Positions 46,572-55,668 of a stretch of 64,000 nucleotides of DNA are shown in pieces. Source of the stretch: a virus. The stretch is taken from IMG/VR virus record IMGVR_UViG_3300031160_000001. One strand, 5' to 3'. Both the position numbers and the translations under genes were made by a program. The notes beneath the pieces were generated by a model. It had not been told where the DNA came from. It did not search any database and was given only the letters and a program-made list of their open reading frames with translations. Every line of letters begins with the position of its first letter. The stretch's first letter is position 1.

Positions 46572-47706
46572 GATTTTAAAAATATAATTAGCGATTATGT
46601 ATTAAATTATAAATAATCAATTTAGAGGCTTTTATAGACGTTGACATTTAATTTGGGATGAAGTGTACCCTGTTGATATGAAAACGTCTGTAAAAGCCTT
46701 ATATTTTGTTTAAAATGGGTATGTGACGTTTAGGTATACTGAAGATAGAGGGTTATCATGGATGAGTTAATATGGATTTGGATCTGGAGTAATCGATAGG
46801 TGAATATGATCGAAATATTAGATTTCGCTAATTAGGGTGGCAAGATTGATTTTTTGTTGTGTTAGTAGGCTTTAGGATGATTTTTGAGTGGGAATTTGAT
46901 TTGAACGTTTCGATTTTTTGGCTTTAGGATAAGGAATATTGGGACGTATGGATTGGTTATTGGGATTTTAGTGATTTTAAGCAGGGGATGTTTTTGTTGT
47001 GTTTATTGGATTTTTGCGATTATGAGTACGATGTGATTTTGAGGTAATTTGTATAATTTTGAGGTTATTTTTGGTAAATCGATGGTATTTTATATTTGGT
47101 GTGTGGATTTACGTGCTAACCACTCAGCTGACTGAACGAACAGTTGTTCGCATGTTAACTATCCCCCCTGCATGGTCAAGAATGGTCAAAATATGCCGAT
47201 ACTATGCGATATGGGAACATAAAGGAAGAAAGTGGGAAATAGTCAACCGAGTATAAAAAGCGACTCCTGGCATGATCAACTACGAAAAAGGAAATATAAG
47301 GAATTAATAAATATATTAAAAATACGAACAAAGAGCGAACATAAAAAATGGGAAATCCTGTAAAATCGAGTGGTAACATTACGCCACTGCTTGAAGTCAT
47401 AACTCCAATATATGAACATACATTCATACAAAATAAAAACCAAAATATCACAAACATATGAACAATTATTCATATAAAATAAAGCAGCAGCATATAAAAT
47501 AAAGCAGCAATACATGAACATCTATTCATATATACTCATATACACTCAAACATCATCGCAAACAAATAATAAACATTATTTATCACATACTAAAAAACCG
47601 ATAAAAAATAATATGCATAAAAAATAAAAAAAATCATTAAAAAAGAAGGAATCATTTCGTACAGGTCGAATATATATACTACAGTAAAATAGAATAAACA
47701 AAGAAG

Positions 47707-47901
47707 GTGAAAAAAGTGGATAATATCTATATCGTCACGTACTACGACGAATACACCGAACAAATCGAAAAAATTGAGTGCAAAGATACAGACGAGGCAA
47801 ACATGGTCTACAGTACGCTGTATAATCAAACCGGCGTAAAAGATTTGCACATCGTGGAATATGATGTAATCAACAAGACTCATCACTTATATCAGCTTTA
47901 A
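47707..47901 (+). CDS. Small early hypothetical protein
   Basis: 64 aa, AAGGTG RBS. Confidence 0.55.
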   Translation: MKKVDNIYIVTYYDEYTEQIEKIECKDTDEANMVYSTLYNQTGVKDLHIVEYDVINKTHHLYQL

Positions 47902-47970
47902 TCACTGCACAGCAAGCATGATCTTGTCATGATCATGCTTGCGATGGAGTGATTAAGACACTCTAAAAAA
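47900..47970 (+). repeat. Structured leader repeat, copy 1
   Basis: atcactgcacag-[12-bp stem]-gatggagtgattaa..acactctaaaaaa. Confidence 0.75.
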
Positions 47971-47990
47971 AATACAGGAGGATAAAAAAA

Positions 47991-48203
47991 ATGAGAAAAA
48001 AAACATTTGAAGAAACTATAGCTTACTACAACGCAAAAAAAATTAGTAGTCGTGATGACCGCGACATTTATGTTGGAACTTGTTTAACAGGATATGTAAT
48101 TTTAGAAAAAGCGGCGTCTGGCTACTCTTTGCATCTTGTTACAAAAGATCATTTTAATGCAATACAAGCATATAATAACACACATAGCACAGATCAGATT
48201 TGA
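47991..48203 (+). CDS. Small early hypothetical protein
   Basis: 70 aa, AGGAGG RBS. Confidence 0.65.
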   Translation: MRKKTFEETIAYYNAKKISSRDDRDIYVGTCLTGYVILEKAASGYSLHLVTKDHFNAIQAYNNTHSTDQI

Positions 48204-48273
48204 TCACTGCACAGGACACATGATCATATAAGAATCATGTGTCTGATGGAGTGATTAAATACACTCTAAAAAA
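48203..48273 (+). repeat. Structured leader repeat, copy 2
   Basis: Same flanks as copy 1, different self-complementary inner stem. Confidence 0.75.
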
Positions 48274-48296
48274 TAAAAAGTAAAGGATGATGAAAA

Positions 48297-48842
48297 ATGT
48301 CTCAAAATCCTATCTTAGATCGCATTTTGAAAGAAGAGAAGGCAGTCAAGCGTATCATTGCTAACACAATTTTGACACGTAACATCAAGCAATCAAGCTA
48401 TCTTGACATTGACGATATCTATCAAGACATCCTCGAATATACGCTCGACTATGACAGAGCATCTAAACGCTTTAAAGACATTGACAAATACTTTTACGGC
48501 TCGATCAAAATGCTTACAATTGACTTTATACTAAAAGAGCAGAGACGGCTTCATCGCTTCCACATGTCTGCAATCGGTCATACTACCAAAGATAAGAGCG
48601 GCAACCGCAAATCCATCGTTGGATACGAGCATCATAAACGTTTATCACACCCGACATTTACGCACATATCTGACACAATGATGTCGATCAAAATGACTCT
48701 TAAAAATAGCGATTATCAAATCTTTAAACTTTACCTACAGGGTTACACAATGCAAGAGATAGCAAAAAAAGTCAGTTTGTCATCCGTCCAGTATCGCCTT
48801 AACAAAATTAAATTACAAGTCGCCCAAATCCTTAATGACTAA
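48297..48842 (+). CDS. ECF-like sigma-70 family factor
   Basis: Region-2-like DIDDIYQD..KMLTIDFILKEQRR and region-4 HTH IFKLYLQGYTMQEIAKKVSLSSVQYRLNKIK. Confidence 0.65.
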   Translation: MSQNPILDRILKEEKAVKRIIANTILTRNIKQSSYLDIDDIYQDILEYTLDYDRASKRFKDIDKYFYGSIKMLTIDFILKEQRRLHRFHMSAIGHTTKDKSGNRKSIVGYEHHKRLSHPTFTHISDTMMSIKMTLKNSDYQIFKLYLQGYTMQEIAKKVSLSSVQYRLNKIKLQVAQILND

Positions 48843-48973
48843 ATTTTACAGTCGCTATGATATTAAGTCATAGCGACAGTATTTTTTTGTTATTTTTTTA
48901 TTGTGTTTTTTTTTATTTTTCCTCATTTCATATCGATATATATAACAAGATTGCAATAAGGAGGTTATACATA

Positions 48974-49477
48974 ATGTCTAATACTATTCCCTATACTCGT
49001 TTTCATGATATTTCATTCTTTTTATCTGATCGAGTACATGTTAACAACCTGGAAACAGCTGCAATCAAGCATGGAGGTGCAACAAAAAATCTTTTGACAG
49101 GCCAAGCTTGGTCAAACATCGCTAAAACGGATTATATAGCACTCAATAACAGTGAAAATAAAATATCGCTGTTTGTACCAGATACAACCAACATTGATAC
49201 TCAAAACACAAACAAACAACAGGAAATACTTAACAATATCCTGCCAAGAATAAAAGAAAAATATAACAGATATAATATATCAACCGCCATTGGGACGTGG
49301 TACAGTAGCGACTTGCAAAGGGTTGTATATGACAACCTAATCATTGTAACGGTTACTTTAACAACAGTATCAATAGCTGACATTCATGAATTCATCAAAA
49401 TGGCAAAGTACATAAAACGTGAAATGTCGCAAGAAGGCGTATCAATTATGATCAATGACTCTCTGGCTATAGTCTAA
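48974..49477 (+). CDS. Hypothetical protein (C-terminal DUF3574-like)
   Basis: Start moved to ATG 48974 after AGGAGG; GTWYS..VVYD..I.V pattern. Confidence 0.55.
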   Translation: MSNTIPYTRFHDISFFLSDRVHVNNLETAAIKHGGATKNLLTGQAWSNIAKTDYIALNNSENKISLFVPDTTNIDTQNTNKQQEILNNILPRIKEKYNRYNISTAIGTWYSSDLQRVVYDNLIIVTVTLTTVSIADIHEFIKMAKYIKREMSQEGVSIMINDSLAIV

Positions 49478-49579
49478 CAGACTATAGCCAATATTTTTTT
49501 TTGTTTCTTTTTTATTTTTTCTATTCTCGTATCGATATATATTATGAAAATAAAATTTATGTAACAGGAGGTAATACAT

Positions 49580-49846
49580 ATGCAACAAAAATACACGGAT
49601 GAGCAGATCAATCAAATCGTTTCTGTAGTCGCGAAGGGTTGGAGGCAATCGTATTTTCTGCGTCAACTGTTTGCTACAGGCACACTCGCATTTCGTTCGT
49701 TTGCTGCAAACGCAACTACTAATTATAACGGGAATCGCAAATCATTTTATAACATGTTGTCTCGTCTTGCTGATACAGGTGTAAAATATCAAATTACACT
49801 GGGCAAACGTGGTGGCATGTGGTCTGCTAAGGTTGTCCTGTTGTAA
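49580..49846 (+). CDS. Hypothetical early protein
   Basis: 88 aa, AGGAGG RBS, motif promoter and terminator. Confidence 0.7.
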   Translation: MQQKYTDEQINQIVSVVAKGWRQSYFLRQLFATGTLAFRSFAANATTNYNGNRKSFYNMLSRLADTGVKYQITLGKRGGMWSAKVVLL

Positions 49847-50007
49847 CATCCTATTCCTCACGGTGCAGGTTAATCTGCGCCGTGAGGAATTTTTTTGTTT
49901 TTTTGTTGTTATATTTTAAGACATAGTATCGATATATAATATAGATAAAATGTATAACAACGAGTCATGAGATAATCACTAGACACATAAGGGGAAGGTG
50001 ATAACAA

Positions 50008-50351
50008 TGCATTCAAAATCAATCATTATTGACATTCGCCCAGTCGCTAAACGTTACTACGATCAAGAGAGAGAGCTGACATTCGACGAAACAATACGTA
50101 AATATAAGAAGGATATTATCAATATTGTTACCCAGGAAGTTAAGAAGCCTGTTTTATTTGACAAGGATATAACAAGCAAGACTAAAATAAAATTGAACGT
50201 TAAGGATCGAGAATTGATCATTACTTATGAATGGGACGAGCTATCAAACATTAACACTTGGTTAAACAGTATGAATAAAAACCTTGCAATTATATGTAAT
50301 CATCTATGCTCAAAATCGTTTAACTGTTTTTTTAAAAACGTAGATTTTTAA
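50008..50351 (+). CDS. Hypothetical early protein
   Basis: AAGGTGA RBS before ATG 50008; followed by a terminator. Confidence 0.65.
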
Positions 50352-50510
50352 TGCATAATGCCTTGTGATTGATCACGTTTCAGTCACAAGGCATTTTTTT
50401 TTGTTTTTATGTAACAATAATAAAATAAGGTGAGGATGTAAAAATAAAATATTTACAAAAGCATATAATTATGATAGCATTAAAAATAAATTAACAGCAG
50501 GAGGTTTAGC

Positions 50511-50690
50511 ATGCTTGAATATGACTACCTTTTCTCTGTCCGATACATAAACGGGAGTCAAGAATATCATGTTATTACTGCAAATAATACAGTTAATGCA
50601 TACAACAAGCTTTTTAAGCTTGTGGATGTTGATAGTATCCAGACCATAACAACCGTTGAAAAGGAATCATATTTATACAGTAATTCATAA
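50511..50690 (+). CDS. Hypothetical early protein (59 aa)
   Basis: Hand-translated MLEYDYLFSVRY...; AGGAGG RBS. Confidence 0.6.
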   Translation: MLEYDYLFSVRYINGSQEYHVITANNTVNAYNKLFKLVDVDSIQTITTVEKESYLYSNS

Positions 50691-50820
50691 CATAAATTAA
50701 GTCTTATTTAACCCATAACAGATCAATCGTCTGTTATGGGTTATTTTTTTTGTTTATTGTTAAATAGTCGTTTCTTATATCGATATATGTTATAGAGGAT
50801 TACAGAAGGGAAGTGATATA

Positions 50821-51126
50821 ATGTCCACTCCAAGGTTAACAGAACAGCAACTGCTTCAAGTGCTGCCGATCTTATCAAGAAACCTTCATAATATCTATGT
50901 AACAGAACATGCTGAACAGCGCATGAATGAACGTAATATTACATATGACGATGTTTTAACAGCACTTCATAAGCCTATGCAGCTTGTCGATGTTCGATAC
51001 GACGAAGTTTTTAAGGGTTACAAATATAAAATAACAGGAGTGGATAAAAACAAGGAAGTTGTAGTTGCAATTGATGGTGTAAAGCGTCACATACATATTG
51101 TAACAGTTATTAATAAACTGCTATAA
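50821..51126 (+). CDS. DUF4258-like (RelE-fold) protein
   Basis: YVTEHAEQRMNERNITYDDVLTAL...IHIVTV. Confidence 0.65.
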   Translation: MSTPRLTEQQLLQVLPILSRNLHNIYVTEHAEQRMNERNITYDDVLTALHKPMQLVDVRYDEVFKGYKYKITGVDKNKEVVVAIDGVKRHIHIVTVINKLL

Positions 51127-51233
51127 TAAGTACAATTGAAGATTGACGTTTTGTAGTTGATGACAACATAAAATTGATAGACTTATATGTTAAATTAAAT
51201 GTGGTCAAATACGAATAACAAAGGAGTGATTAA

Positions 51234-51398
51234 ATGAATCATACTGGTACACTTTGCGTTAAATGCGGCCATAGAGGGTTTACCAAAATTCAAAAACCAT
51301 ATGACAGCGTGCATATAACAGCACTGGAGTGTAACAATTGCAAATCAATCATCTATCCTCATGAATCAATGGTGATTATTCAAACAAACAAAGAATAG
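51234..51398 (+). CDS. Small zinc-finger protein (54 aa)
   Basis: CVKCG...CNNC; AAGGAG RBS. Confidence 0.6.
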   Translation: MNHTGTLCVKCGHRGFTKIQKPYDSVHITALECNNCKSIIYPHESMVIIQTNKE

Positions 51399-51581
51399 GC
51401 GGTAACAAATTAATCATGTTGCCGTCTGTTCCTTTTTTATTTTTAAATAGCAGATATCGATATAATATCTAGATGATATATTAGGAGGAGGCGACACTAA
51501 ACAGCGCATTAAGCCATGAGCGTTAGACCGCTTTATATGCGGTCTAGGTTGCGATATAATCCACTTATAGGAGGTAATCAC

Positions 51582-52019
51582 ATGCAACTAACAGACAAGT
51601 TATATTACAACGGTTTAACCTTTTACCATGTAGGTAATACAAGCGACAACGATCGTATTTACGAGTCATTGGACGAATTGATACATTACACAATAACAAC
51701 AGCACCAGCAGACTATGACGGTGTTTTAATTGCTGTTGTTGACGAGTCTTTTAGAGAGTCGGAGAACGATGACATGATACGTTATTTTGACAGCGAAACA
51801 GGAAAGGAAGAAACAATAGATGATATAACGGTAATAGAAAAATTAGAAAGCGAACTAACAGAAAGGTTTAACAGTTGCACTAATAAAGAACTGGTTTTAT
51901 TCTCTTACAATGGAATAAGCATAACTAACCCGTTTTTATCTGAATGCATGCGCTATGCTGTATATCCACGATATTATGGAGTTGACAATATTAATAAAGC
52001 AATTGCAGCATTATCATAA
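51582..52019 (+). CDS. Hypothetical early protein
   Basis: Start moved to ATG 51582 after AGGAGG. Confidence 0.65.
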   Translation: MQLTDKLYYNGLTFYHVGNTSDNDRIYESLDELIHYTITTAPADYDGVLIAVVDESFRESENDDMIRYFDSETGKEETIDDITVIEKLESELTERFNSCTNKELVLFSYNGISITNPFLSECMRYAVYPRYYGVDNINKAIAALS

Positions 52020-52075
52020 AGCGGTTAAAAGCAGGATTTTAACACGAATAAAAAATAGAACAGATGACAGACAAG

Positions 52076-52171
52076 ACATTATTGACGCACTTGACAGAGG
52101 GGAAGACGTAAACGGTTGGGAAGACGGTGCAGGAAATACGATTTATGTCTAATAAATGATCATGCCCAGGT
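52076..52171 (+). repeat. 96-bp perfect direct repeat, copy 1
   Basis: Identical to 53267-53362. Confidence 0.9.
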
Positions 52172-52226
52172 GAGGATAGACAATAGTAAAGAAGTAGAGC
52201 GCAATTAAAAAGGAGTTGTAGCAAAA

Positions 52227-52430
52227 ATGAAACTTATAAAAGGCAATCAGTATAATTACGTTTCTATTGCCGGCAATATTCCAGTTATATTTATTGCGGA
52301 AGAAAAAGACTTCATAGAACATCATTGCAATTATTGCAATAAAAAAATTAGGCATATTTATTTTTTCGAAGATGATCGAAAATCAACGTATGCTTTCGGT
52401 AGCGAATGTATCAAAAAGATTATTCGTTAA
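52227..52430 (+). CDS. Hypothetical protein with Cys motifs
   Basis: 67 aa; HCNYCNKKIRH..FGSECIKK; AAGGAG RBS. Confidence 0.6.
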   Translation: MKLIKGNQYNYVSIAGNIPVIFIAEEKDFIEHHCNYCNKKIRHIYFFEDDRKSTYAFGSECIKKIIR

Positions 52431-52614
52431 AGATTGAAACAACTTTAACAGTTAAAGACACGCTAGAAACCGCCAAACGTTACGTTTTAACATTAGTCCA
52501 GCAGGAACAAGAACAAGAGCAAGAAACAGAAACTGCATAAAAAATAAATATAACAGTCTACAAACGAAAGTTAATTTGTTTGTAGACTGTTAAACAGGAG
52601 GTTATATAACAAAA

Positions 52615-52716
52615 ATGGGAATCACTTTAACAATCGCTAATATTATGTTTGTAATATCTTTAATAAACGTTTTCGTTGTTATTGGCTTAAACGTCACTAA
52701 AATTTGCGGACTATGA
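52615..52716 (+). CDS. 33-aa hydrophobic membrane peptide
   Basis: MGITLTIANIMFVISLINVFVVIGLNVTKICGL; AGGAGG RBS. Confidence 0.55.
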   Translation: MGITLTIANIMFVISLINVFVVIGLNVTKICGL

Positions 52717-52773
52717 AGAAATTGAACGTTCCACAATATAACTATCCCGAAACATAACAGGAGTTGAAAAATA

Positions 52774-53226
52774 ATGCTAAAATGGAAAAATCGTAAAGCT
52801 AGAGTATCGTATCATAAGGAATGGGAAAGTAAAGGCAAAAATCCATTTTTTATTGATGTTAGCGCAGAAGTATCCAAGAAAGACAAATATCATTATGTAA
52901 CTCCTAATTGGGATGGAACAGTAACAACATTATGGAATCATGAATTGTCTTTTCAACGTATGCCGGATGAATTTTGGAATATTGACGAATGGATGATCGA
53001 TTTAACACCTGTTCCCTTTGAATTATGGAAAGATGCAATAAATGCAGCAAAAAAACAATTAACATTTTATCATCACAGTCACTACGCACACAAGCGATTA
53101 GAGGAGGTTTTAAGCGATTTAGTAAAATATCCGTCAATGTCTCCACAAAGAGAAAAATTAATCAATATGTCGGCACATGATATAATTAGAAAGTTTTATG
53201 ATCCTGAGTATGTAGATATACATTAA
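52774..53226 (+). CDS. Hypothetical early protein
   Basis: 150 aa, AGGAG RBS. Confidence 0.65.
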   Translation: MLKWKNRKARVSYHKEWESKGKNPFFIDVSAEVSKKDKYHYVTPNWDGTVTTLWNHELSFQRMPDEFWNIDEWMIDLTPVPFELWKDAINAAKKQLTFYHHSHYAHKRLEEVLSDLVKYPSMSPQREKLINMSAHDIIRKFYDPEYVDIH

Positions 53227-53266
53227 CAGCATAACAGGGAAGGTTTATCCTTCTCTTAAAAAACAA

Positions 53267-53362
53267 ACATTATTGACGCACTTGACAGAGGGGAAGACGT
53301 AAACGGTTGGGAAGACGGTGCAGGAAATACGATTTATGTCTAATAAATGATCATGCCCAGGT
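53267..53362 (+). repeat. 96-bp perfect direct repeat, copy 2
   Basis: Identical to 52076-52171; runs into hairpin tgcccaggt-ttcgt-acctgggca. Confidence 0.9.
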
Positions 53363-53572
53363 TTCGTACCTGGGCAATATATTTATGTGTAAAAAAGGAG
53401 TGATACCTATAAAAATCATCGGTGTACTTTTGATCCTTGCTATTGTCTTTTATCCTTTAATCATTCGATTCCCTTATTTTTCTGACGATAAATAATAAAA
53501 TATTATTAATATAATACGTTTCATATCGATATATATTATAGGGATAACTTTATAACACTGGAGGAATAAACA

Positions 53573-54205
53573 ATGACCGTCTCTGTTAATGAAACGCTTG
53601 ATTTTGTATCCGACTTGTTAGGCGAAGCAATTTTTTCGGTCGATTCAAAACACTACAAAGATTTGACCGATGAACAAAAGGATCAAGTCAAGCAAACTTT
53701 TTTCCGTATGCTTGATGCCGAAAATATCAACGTTACAAGAATATTGATTGAACAAGCTGCTTCTATCTTTGTCAATTCTCCACTGGATTCACTTCTGCAG
53801 GAATACAAAAATCTTAAAAGTGAATTTTATCCTGCGCTTCAAAGTATTCAACCAGGACAGAAAATCACTATCGTTAAATTTTCTGAATTTGGCTTCCCAA
53901 TTCATTTTCAAACAACAGTTCACAGTATAACAATCAAACCATACGCACAGTATGAAGAAACACTTTATATTCTCCATAGACCAAAACGCAAACGATCATT
54001 ATACGGAACAAGAATTTGCCCTTATGAATCATTTTTTGTTTATGATGGTTGGATTGATATTGACATGGACAATATTATGCATAACACGTCCAAAACGGAT
54101 TCTGCCACTATTAAAACAACAAGATATGTCAGTTTTAATCGTGGTTTTCTTCATGATGTTTTATCCATCATTGACAAAGAGCCTCTTTACAGATATAAAA
54201 TATAA
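53573..54205 (+). CDS. Hypothetical early protein
   Basis: 210 aa, GGAGG RBS, motif promoter. Confidence 0.7.
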   Translation: MTVSVNETLDFVSDLLGEAIFSVDSKHYKDLTDEQKDQVKQTFFRMLDAENINVTRILIEQAASIFVNSPLDSLLQEYKNLKSEFYPALQSIQPGQKITIVKFSEFGFPIHFQTTVHSITIKPYAQYEETLYILHRPKRKRSLYGTRICPYESFFVYDGWIDIDMDNIMHNTSKTDSATIKTTRYVSFNRGFLHDVLSIIDKEPLYRYKI

Positions 54206-54226
54206 TAACACGATTAAAAGGAGGGA

Positions 54227-54547
54227 ATGTACATGACTTTGTATACACTACTGGACAGAACTGCGATTAAAACGGCGTTGAGTGCATATCTTAATGCTGA
54301 ACAACAACGCGTAGCCGTTTTAGATGACCGGCAAATTCAGATGTTATTTTCCAAAGATCAAAATGAAGAAGCTAGGAAATTAATTGATCTGCGATATCCT
54401 GAAGCCCGCAAAGTTAAAGTAAGAGCAATTGAGCTTATTAAGGTAATGACACAAAACATTGAGGAATGGAAAGGAGTTGATCCAGAGGATGTATATTACA
54501 GTGTAGTTCAATTTAACAAACTTGTAGAACTTGCTAAACAAATATGA
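54227..54547 (+). CDS. Hypothetical early protein
   Basis: 106 aa, AGGAGG RBS. Confidence 0.65.
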   Translation: MYMTLYTLLDRTAIKTALSAYLNAEQQRVAVLDDRQIQMLFSKDQNEEARKLIDLRYPEARKVKVRAIELIKVMTQNIEEWKGVDPEDVYYSVVQFNKLVELAKQI

Positions 54548-54595
54548 CTATCAATGTTATAATCATACATATATAACCTGGATAGGAGGGATACC

Positions 54596-54796
54596 ATGTC
54601 TAAACTAAAGGTGATTAAATCACATGTGACGTATAACCATGAAACGCTGCCCGATGGCAAATATCGTTTGTCCAAGGTTATCAAGGAGTATGATAAAGAT
54701 CAATACCAACAAATGATTGATGATACATTTAAGTTGATTCGGGGTGAGATTTCAGAAAGTAAACTTTATCAAGAGTGGAAACGGAGTGAAAAATAA
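54596..54796 (+). CDS. Hypothetical early protein
   Basis: 66 aa, AGGAGG RBS. Confidence 0.65.
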   Translation: MSKLKVIKSHVTYNHETLPDGKYRLSKVIKEYDKDQYQQMIDDTFKLIRGEISESKLYQEWKRSEK

Positions 54797-54940
54797 TTCT
54801 ATCTTTTTCAAGTGCATAAAGAGTCAATAAATTTATGCACTTTATAAAGGGTAGAATCGTTATTATTTATCTTCTCATATCGATATATACTATGAAAAAC
54901 TTCGTCTATAGAGTAAATTTAAACAAAGGAGTGAATGCGT

Positions 54941-55255
54941 ATGCTAAAAACGAAAATCAAGCTTGTAGAAGAAGGAAAGAGTCGAATCTTTGCTGATTGG
55001 AGTCGGCACGCAGGTGTTACGAAGGAGCAATTTATCGAGGGTTTGAAGTGGGTCTGTTCTGATCCGTGTGACGGATCGACTGGCGGACATCCTGGGAGAT
55101 TGACAAGGGAGCTTGGCTGCCACCCTGAGCGCGGTCTAGTCAAAATAAAGCGTCAATATGACGAGACTGGCGGAGTTGTATTTTACGAGATCGAGACAGG
55201 GCAGCTATGGAGCAAATTAGGCACTGCTTCTATTAGCGCACGAGACAAAATATGA
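54941..55255 (+). CDS. Hypothetical early protein
   Basis: AAGGAG RBS, motif promoter; higher GC than neighbours. Confidence 0.65.
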   Translation: MLKTKIKLVEEGKSRIFADWSRHAGVTKEQFIEGLKWVCSDPCDGSTGGHPGRLTRELGCHPERGLVKIKRQYDETGGVVFYEIETGQLWSKLGTASISARDKI

Positions 55256-55668
55256 GAAAGCGCACCATGAGGTGCGCCTTAGCCCCGACAGTTCGGGGAG
55301 CAACGATCCGAAAAAGGTTGTAAGTTAATGATTAACTATGAACCAAACGGATCACCCCTGCTAATGCAAGGAATAACAAATTTATTACAATCCACGCACT
55401 GCAAGGAGTGCGACAACCTACAAACCTATCGTACTCCTTGGCTACAAAATTGTCAAGTAAAGGAGTAGATTTTAATGGGCAAAACTGTGATACAGAGCAA
55501 ATAGGGTTGTCGCTCACATTCTCCTTTTTACTCATTGTTCAAGCGCATAACATATGAGTTGTGCGCTTGCTAGAGTGAGTAAAAAAAATTTTATTTCTTT
55601 ATTTTTTATTATTTTTGCCCATCTTATATCGATATATATAATAACAAGGCATTTAGGAGGGGAAGCGA

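Noticed and set aside
46347-47886. ORFs in the skewed non-coding region (47059, 47176, 47276, 47590, 46347)
   Set aside because: Low-complexity F/Y/I-rich translations without RBS, produced by base skew
51955-52152. 65-aa ORF ending in the 96-bp repeat as an intact gene
   Set aside because: Its start overlaps the upstream gene with no RBS; more likely a 3' remnant
47900-53376. CRISPR array
   Set aside because: Repeats are two-copy or dispersed promoter motifs with irregular gene-sized spacing; no cas genes
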